Source: an uncultured bacterium
GTDB lineage: Bacteria; Patescibacteriota; Minisyncoccia; Phycocordibacterales; GCA-2401445
NCBI GenBank assembly: GCA_937952265.1
Contig: CALFYW010000055.1
Location: forward strand, 149,030-213,029
Direction of reading: 5' to 3'
Length of the DNA stretch: 64,000 bases
Positions 9,210 through 15,316 of this stretch are shown one piece after another. Numbering within the stretch: the first letter of the stretch is position 1; every line of letters begins with the position of its first letter. The position numbers and the translations under genes are program-made. The notes under the pieces were generated by a model, which worked only from the letters and a program-made list of their open reading frames with translations, was not told where the DNA came from and did no database searches.

Positions 9210-9235
9210 CAAAATTGGGCTAAAGTGGAAAGTGG
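9210..9235. repeat. 26-bp direct repeat, copy 2
   Basis: Identical to 6538-6563; starts at the first base after the TAA of the PheS-like gene. Confidence 0.9.
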
Positions 9236-9254
9236 AGATTGGGAGAGCTTCAAA

Positions 9255-10853
9255 CTACTCTGTCGTTTGGAGTTCTACAATGAAAGAAGAACCTTTCCCT
9301 TCCCCTTCCGATTCAGCCCATACTTTACCTTTATGTGCCTCAACAAGTTGGCGCGCAACATAGAGTCCGAGCCCTGTTCCAAGTACATTTACCTTGTTTG
9401 CGTTATATGCCCTGCTGAATTTTTCAAATAACACGGCAATCGTTTCTTTAGACATGCCAATTCCTGTGTCTTTGATCGTAACACGGATTTTCTGCCCCAT
9501 TCGCTTGATAGTTACTACCACTTCCCCATGAGGAGTGTATTTAATTGCATTATCAATCAGATTACCAATCACTTGCTTCATCTTTCCCATATCAGCATGT
9601 ACAAAAAACCTCGATGCTTCAGGTGGGTTAAAGTAGATTTTAATCCCTGCCCGCTTTGCGGTTGGATCGCTCTCTTTTATCACTTCATCGATAAGCTCTT
9701 TCATATCAAAGCGAGAAAAATGAAATTTCATTGTTCCTTGTTCAATACGAGATACGTCCAAAAAATCATTAACCACAAACGTGAGAGAGTTTGCTGATTG
9801 GAAAATACGATTGATAGCTTCCCGTATTTTTTCTTGAGCTATTTCTCCAAACGAGCCCTCGAGGAGGAGCGAAGAATAGCCCTTGATAGCGGTAAGCGGT
9901 GCCCTAATCTGATGTGTTGCAATGGATATGAATTCTGATTTTTGCTTATCCAATTCCCGCAATTTGCTATTGGTAGTTTTCAAATCATCTGCCAAAGACT
10001 CAATCTTCTCTCTTGAGTCTACTTCTCGATAGACCCCCTTTATGAGTAAATAACTAAAGATTGTGATTGCGATAAGAATCAAAGCCTTTATTAAGATGTT
10101 TGTTGGTGATTCTTCAATAAATATTTCAACAAAAAGTACGGTGATAATAATAATTGAAAAAAGCTCTGTAACAAGAACTTTTATATTAAATAAATGGTAT
10201 TTTAAAATAGCGATAAAAATAGCAGAAACTAGAATTACTGAAAATAGAGGACCAACCCATGTGAATTCAAAAATTTTAAATACTGGCAAAATTAAATTTG
10301 TAAAGAGTGCCAAAGAAGAAGAGATTATTAATCCTATAGAGATTAATCTGATCTGATCTTTTGATTTTTGAGATGCGTTTTCGTGTTGTTTTAAAAGTAG
10401 AAGATAAGCACCAAAGAAATAAAATATTACTAAAAGCTGATACAAGGGATATCCATTTTTTAGTTCATAGGTAGCAGTGGTTGCCTCCATCGGAGGAGCA
10501 ATGATTGAGTCAGTTAGGAATAGGAAAAATAACATTACACAAAATGGTATAAGTACAGAAAAATAAAATAATCTTCCGGAGAATATTTTATTAGGGAAAA
10601 TATTAGAAAATAAGAAAACAATTAATCCTGTAAATAACGCTGTCGAGTGTGTCCATGCCAGCCATTCAATGTCTAAAAGATAGCTTCTAGAGTAAAACCC
10701 TACAATGCTTACACACCAACCAGCCACTCCTAGAGATAAAAAACCGAACAAAATATTGAAAGAATTTCTCAGCCCACGTGAGAGAATGATAACAGAAAGT
10801 ATTATGTTTATAACAACAGTTATAAGTAGTAGTGGTATGATGATTTCTTGCAT
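9255..10853 (-). CDS. Sensor histidine kinase with N-terminal multi-TM (HisKA_7TM-like) domain
   Basis: About 270 hydrophobic N-terminal residues; H-box ATHQIRAPLT, NLIDNAIKYT, DTGIG, GTGLGL, GKGSSF. Confidence 0.93.
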   Translation of the reverse strand: MQEIIIPLLLITVVINIILSVIILSRGLRNSFNILFGFLSLGVAGWCVSIVGFYSRSYLLDIEWLAWTHSTALFTGLIVFLFSNIFPNKIFSGRLFYFSVLIPFCVMLFFLFLTDSIIAPPMEATTATYELKNGYPLYQLLVIFYFFGAYLLLLKQHENASQKSKDQIRLISIGLIISSSLALFTNLILPVFKIFEFTWVGPLFSVILVSAIFIAILKYHLFNIKVLVTELFSIIIITVLFVEIFIEESPTNILIKALILIAITIFSYLLIKGVYREVDSREKIESLADDLKTTNSKLRELDKQKSEFISIATHQIRAPLTAIKGYSSLLLEGSFGEIAQEKIREAINRIFQSANSLTFVVNDFLDVSRIEQGTMKFHFSRFDMKELIDEVIKESDPTAKRAGIKIYFNPPEASRFFVHADMGKMKQVIGNLIDNAIKYTPHGEVVVTIKRMGQKIRVTIKDTGIGMSKETIAVLFEKFSRAYNANKVNVLGTGLGLYVARQLVEAHKGKVWAESEGEGKGSSFIVELQTTE

Positions 10854-10857
10854 AAAA

Positions 10858-11562
10858 TTATTTTAAAGCAGTGTTTAGAACAGCTTGCTTGGCGTAAAGA
10901 TATTCAGGTTTGGAAATCTTCTGAAACCCAGCTGATCTTAAGAGTGACTCTTGTTTTTGCGCACTTAGAAAGGCGTAATTTTTATTCCTGTTTTCTTTTC
11001 TTATAAGATAATTGTAATAAAAAATTCTTATAGTAGGAAGAAGTAGTCGTGTTACCTGAATAATAGTTTTTAGGGTTCCATGTTTTTTTCTCATCTTTTT
11101 TAAATGTTCCAGATATATTTTTTTAGGAGAAAATCCGTCTTGTATATTACTAAGAATGATTTTTCCCTTTGGGCGTAAGATTCTGTAGAATTCCAACAAA
11201 ACCATTTTCTGTTTCTCGGAGGAGATTGTGTAAAGTGTATTGTTTGAAATGATTTTATCAAAAGAATTGTCTTTAAAAGGAAGTCTCTTTGTTAAGTCAC
11301 CTAAAATAATTACTGCTTCAGGGTCTTTTTGTTGGTGTAGACGAGTTCCTTGGGGGGAAAAATCAAAAGAGGTGACTTTTGCACGAGTTTCTCTTAATCT
11401 AACAGAGAGATTCCCTGTTCCTGATCCTGCATCTAAAATAAGTTCTCCTTCTTTTGGATCGGCAACGTTTGTTATTTTTTCTATTAATTCCGAATACGGA
11501 ATAAGATTATTTAATAAATCGTAATCTTGAAAATATTTTTCCCAAAATTTTTCAGTTAACAT
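10858..11562 (-). CDS. Class I SAM-dependent methyltransferase
   Basis: ILDAGSGTG, LPFKDNSFD and RILRPKG motifs. Confidence 0.9.
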   Translation of the reverse strand: MLTEKFWEKYFQDYDLLNNLIPYSELIEKITNVADPKEGELILDAGSGTGNLSVRLRETRAKVTSFDFSPQGTRLHQQKDPEAVIILGDLTKRLPFKDNSFDKIISNNTLYTISSEKQKMVLLEFYRILRPKGKIILSNIQDGFSPKKIYLEHLKKMRKKHGTLKTIIQVTRLLLPTIRIFYYNYLIRKENRNKNYAFLSAQKQESLLRSAGFQKISKPEYLYAKQAVLNTALK

Positions 11563-11574
11563 AAAAGTTCATCC

Positions 11575-12336
11575 TTACTTAATAACTCCAAGCATTCTTA
11601 AGAAATGGGTATAAGGGTTTGATTTCAATCGAAATTCCCTTCCAGAGTTTTCTTTCTCAAAGATCAACTTATTGTCTGTAACTTTTGATAAATATTTTTT
11701 ATATTCTTGGGTTAGAAAGTAGAATGGGGCGACTGTGTCTGTTGGTTGATAGAAATATTTACTAAGTTTTGCATTTTTGGGATACAAAAGTGCGTAATTA
11801 TTTATAGGATGAAGAGGAAATTTTAACTTTTCCATTTTTGTCTCTAGACTATTTTTTAGAAAGAAATAACCTCCCTGTATATTATTTTCCTCGCTGTATT
11901 TCATCAGAGAATCAAGAATAAATAACATTGTTAAGTTTCGAGGTAGGAATTCACCAATTTCCTCATGTGTGGGTTTTATGACAAACCTACTTAATTCAGC
12001 GATTGACCCACTTTTTTTTAGTTCTTTTATTTGATCCGGTTCGTCAAATTTAAAAAATTTTTCAGTTGGTAATGGGTTTGTTTTAATCAAACGAATTGTT
12101 CCAAAAATTTTTTTATTAACACAGGCTATGAAATAAATACAAGAACCGTCTTCATCAAAAGAGTCTTTCTCAGATTCGTCTGGAAAATCTTTCTGATCAA
12201 TATATTCTTTTTTTAAATAGATTTGATATCTTAACCTATGGACACTTTCCTGCTCTTGTTTTTGGTCTGCTATTCCGAAGGTTAGGATATGCTCTTTGTT
12301 TTTTATTTCTAAGGTTAATGATGTGCTGACTTTCAT
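11575..12336 (-). CDS. FeeM/LuxI-like GNAT N-acyl transferase (putative N-acyl amino acid synthase)
   Basis: HRLRYQIY, EKDSFD, GTIRL, PLPTE and AELSRFVI motifs shared by N-acyl amino acid synthases and AHL synthases. Confidence 0.75.
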   Translation of the reverse strand: MKVSTSLTLEIKNKEHILTFGIADQKQEQESVHRLRYQIYLKKEYIDQKDFPDESEKDSFDEDGSCIYFIACVNKKIFGTIRLIKTNPLPTEKFFKFDEPDQIKELKKSGSIAELSRFVIKPTHEEIGEFLPRNLTMLFILDSLMKYSEENNIQGGYFFLKNSLETKMEKLKFPLHPINNYALLYPKNAKLSKYFYQPTDTVAPFYFLTQEYKKYLSKVTDNKLIFEKENSGREFRLKSNPYTHFLRMLGVIK

Positions 12337-12354
12337 CTATATATTTTAGTGTTA

Positions 12355-13035
12355 TTACACAGACTTTGTCTCTTTGAGAGAATAAACCGCGTTCATAATT
12401 TTTTCTGCAATTTTGTGTAGGGCTTCAACGGATTGGTTACTATCTTCAGTGAATTCCATTTTTTTACCAAAAGAAACAATGGTCTTTTTTTTACCAGAAT
12501 TTTTTTCTCTCGTGTGGTGAATGTGAACAGGTATGACAGGTGTCTTTGTGTACGTTGCTAGAAACGCAACACCTCCGTGCACAATGGTTGCCCTTTCTGC
12601 TTCTGGTTTATTAAATTTCCCTTCAGGAAAGATACATAAATTATAACCCAATTTAAGAATTTGAATATGGTCTTGAAGCGACCATTTATAATCTTTCTTT
12701 CCAGGGTGTGTCGCGTATCCGCCAACAACCTCAAAGAATTTTCCACCATAAAAATAAGATCGGATGCCAAATCTTTCTGATGATTGGTAATTTTTTTTCG
12801 GAAGCGCGACAAAATAAAATGGAGAGAAACGAGAAAAGATCGGGAGTGCCGCTCGAATAAGGATCGGGTCAAGTTCAGTCGTATGATTGGCAGCAAAAAT
12901 CGCATTGGACCTCATCTCCGAGAGGTTTTCCATCCCCTTTACTTGAAAGCCTCGAGTAAGTGAGATGACTATTTTAGTGGAGATGAAAAAAAAGGGCTGA
13001 AGGAGTAAAGGCATCCAGTATAAAATTTTTTTCAT
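12355..13035 (-). CDS. Lysophospholipid acyltransferase family protein (PlsC-like)
   Basis: NHTTELD (HX4D), IFPEG and PVIPV motifs. Confidence 0.88.
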   Translation of the reverse strand: MKKILYWMPLLLQPFFFISTKIVISLTRGFQVKGMENLSEMRSNAIFAANHTTELDPILIRAALPIFSRFSPFYFVALPKKNYQSSERFGIRSYFYGGKFFEVVGGYATHPGKKDYKWSLQDHIQILKLGYNLCIFPEGKFNKPEAERATIVHGGVAFLATYTKTPVIPVHIHHTREKNSGKKKTIVSFGKKMEFTEDSNQSVEALHKIAEKIMNAVYSLKETKSV

Positions 13036-13195
13036 AATGTTACTTTCCTATTTTATACCACGTCTCTCACATCCTGAACAGTTCTGGTGCAATATTTAGA
13101 CACCGGAGGCAACTATTTTTTTAACCATTTTCTTTGGCCATATGAATTTTTTTTACCTCTTGTATATCCCACTGTGTTCATTTTTACCGTATGGT

Positions 13196-13753
13196 TCAAA
13201 TTTTAACACAAATTGGAACTGTTAAATCTTTTGGTGAGACGGGAACTGAAAATAAAACCCTCGTCTTTCTATTTGAAACGTACTCTTTATTTGTTTTCTT
13301 TTTGAAATCTGAACCAGAGACAATATGTATATATCCATCTTTAAATTTCGAAGGACCATTAATAAATCCAAGAGAGATCGAAAGTTTAATTGGTCGAGAT
13401 TTGGGAGTATGCACTGAAGCTCCTCCGGACTCTCGAATATCCAAGATTGCCAGAAAGATTGCGTAATTAGGGTCATCTGTTGCGTATACGAGATTCAGTG
13501 ATTCCTTCTTCCCGTCTTGATCTACGGATGTATTTGGTTCCAACATAGTAAGCATGTTCGTCGATCCGTGAAAGAGGATGGTGCTCGATACAAATTTAGG
13601 TAATATGCAATTGTTTTTTTCGCAAAAAACATAGAATCTCTGAAGATGTCTCTTTTGTTGAATATGGAAAAGAAACTCAACCGTGCTTGAAAGTTTATTT
13701 TGTTTTTTGAAATCCTGTAATAAATTTTTGGAGATTAACGTGTTGTTTTGCAT
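13196..13753 (-). CDS. Hypothetical protein with LFHGS...VYATD motifs (possible ADP-ribosyltransferase-like fold)
   Basis: 185 aa from the ATG at 13753, preceded by TGATATTAT 7 nt upstream. Fold call rests on motif resemblance only. Confidence 0.6.
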   Translation of the reverse strand: MQNNTLISKNLLQDFKKQNKLSSTVEFLFHIQQKRHLQRFYVFCEKNNCILPKFVSSTILFHGSTNMLTMLEPNTSVDQDGKKESLNLVYATDDPNYAIFLAILDIRESGGASVHTPKSRPIKLSISLGFINGPSKFKDGYIHIVSGSDFKKKTNKEYVSNRKTRVLFSVPVSPKDLTVPICVKI

Positions 13754-13790
13754 AGAGAATATAATATCAGGAAACGAAGACCCTAAAAAG

Positions 13791-13819
13791 AGAAGGGAAA
13801 GCATTTTGCTTTCCCTTCT
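13791..13819 (-). terminator. Rho-independent terminator after the RiPP precursor
   Basis: AGAAGGGAAAGCA-3 nt-TGCTTTCCCTTCT stem, followed on the minus strand by CTTTTT. Confidence 0.75.
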
Positions 13820-13844
13820 GTGATTTTAATATGTACTCTTCTGA

Positions 13845-14032
13845 CTAGGTTTTACCGTATTTCCCCCAACCTTTGTCCCACCCTTTCTGCCAGTTCATAA
13901 GATTAGCAGATCGCGGCTCAGAGATTTTTATGTTACTGTCACGTTCTTGTTCTAGATCATAAGCCCTTTGGGAGAGCTCCTCGAGACTTTCTTTTTGTCT
14001 CGCAATTCGTTCCTCCAGTATTTTTTTTTCAT
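13845..14032 (-). pseudogene. Triceptide (cyclophane RiPP) precursor, GrrA/OscA-like, frameshifted at an A9 tract after its ATG
   Basis: ATG(14032)-A9, then in another frame ILEERIARQKESLEELSQ...NLMNWQKGWDKGWGKYGKT*. A7 or A10 would restore a 61-62 aa peptide. Confidence 0.7.
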
Positions 14033-14394
14033 AAACGGTTCTTTTGATTAGGTATTTTTTGATTCGAGTTCCTGAAGAATGCGCACCAGTATTCATTGAT
14101 AAGTGTTGCATTGGTTTGAATAGCGTGTTGTACAAGACCTTTTTCACGCAAATCTTCAAATGGAATAATGAGTTTCTTGAGATATGCCAGACCGCAAGCC
14201 AAGGGTTCCCCGGCATGCCATATGAGCTCAACACCATTGTCAAGCATGCCTATATCTTGAGCAATCCTTTCTGCTATGTGTAGTGACATTCTCCGATTTT
14301 TATCTCGATCTGGGAGGTAACAGTAACTACAGTTAAGATTGCAGAGTTGAGTTGGCTGCATGACTAGCCGTTCAATAGAAAATTTAATGTTCAC
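14029..14394 (-). pseudogene. Truncated radical SAM peptide maturase (GrrM/OscB-type, N-terminal 121 aa only)
   Basis: LVMQPTQLCNLNCSYCYLPDR (CxxxCxxC), IWHAGEPL, IQTNATLIN..W; stops before the rest of the barrel and the SPASM domain. Confidence 0.85.
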
Positions 14395-14573
14395 AACAAC
14401 ATCCTTTATGTTAGGAGACTCAAATAACAGATTATTTTAGTTTGTCAATTGATGCATACAAAATCGTTCTGACATAATAATAGTATATATAGAAAAACCA
14501 GTCAATAGTTTGTGGTTTAGATTATTCTAATGTGTTAGAATGAGAATTATTTATTTTAAGAAGTGTATACGAT

Positions 14574-15311
14574 ATGGAATCAGAGAAAAAAGAGAGTTCA
14601 TTATCAGTGCCTATCGCAATTATTGTTTCAGGGATTATTATTGCGGGTGCGGTGTTTTTGACCCGAAACCCGATTGCCTCTGAATTAACGGGCGCGAATG
14701 TGGGCCAAGCAGTTCCTCCGGTTGATGTTCCCGCAATTTCGAGTGATGATCACATTCTAGGTAATCCAGATGCTCCACTCGTATTTATCGAATATTCTGA
14801 TACCGAGTGTCCTTTCTGTAAAGATTTCCATGCCACCATGCTTGAAATCATGGATGAATTTGGTCCTACAGGAGAAGTAGCTTGGGTATATCGACATTTT
14901 CCGCTTGATGAGCTTCATCCAAGGGCTTCACGCGAAGCGGCAGCAACTGAGTGTGCTCGAGAACTTGGAGGTGCGAGTGCTTTTTGGGAGTTCACGAACA
15001 AGCTTTTTGAAATGAAGCCGGTTGAAACGGCAGGATTTGCGCATCTTACTGATCTTGCGGGAGAAGTTGGTGTTGGCGGAGTGGCGTTTGAAACCTGTCT
15101 TTCAAGTGGAAAATATGATGCTCAAATTGAGGAAAGTCGCGCTGAAGCAGAAAGAGCAGGCGGGCAAGGAACTCCATTTACCGTTATCCGTACCGCGGAA
15201 GATGATTTTCCGCTCGGTGGCGCCTATCCATATGAGACCGTTCGTGAAATTGTGGTGTCTTACCTTGAACAACAAAGAACACAAGGAGAGGCTCCCGCAG
15301 TTGTTGAATAG
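14574..15311 (+). CDS. DsbA/thioredoxin-fold protein, membrane anchored
   Basis: DHILGNPDA, EYSDTECPFC, YRHFPL, GTP; N-terminal TM helix. Confidence 0.92.
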   Translation: MESEKKESSLSVPIAIIVSGIIIAGAVFLTRNPIASELTGANVGQAVPPVDVPAISSDDHILGNPDAPLVFIEYSDTECPFCKDFHATMLEIMDEFGPTGEVAWVYRHFPLDELHPRASREAAATECARELGGASAFWEFTNKLFEMKPVETAGFAHLTDLAGEVGVGGVAFETCLSSGKYDAQIEESRAEAERAGGQGTPFTVIRTAEDDFPLGGAYPYETVREIVVSYLEQQRTQGEAPAVVE

Positions 15312-15316
15312 TCTTT

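Larger units (their letters stand above)
6538..9235. mobile_element. Putative inserted 2.7 kb module bounded by 26-bp direct repeats (no integrase or transposase)
   Basis: Perfect flanking direct repeats, AT-rich content and non-core genes. Confidence 0.5.

Noticed and set aside
6538-9235. 26-bp repeats as a CRISPR array
   Set aside because: Only two copies 2.7 kb apart, no spacer periodicity and no cas genes.
13060-13185. Short minus-strand frame CLRCLNIAPELF resembling a ferredoxin fragment
   Set aside because: No start codon, under 20 codons and bounded by stops; likely chance.
13845-14243. 132-aa ORF as a real full-length protein
   Set aside because: Its first 70 or so codons are an off-frame reading of the rSAM fragment; only the part after the A9 tract looks like the precursor.
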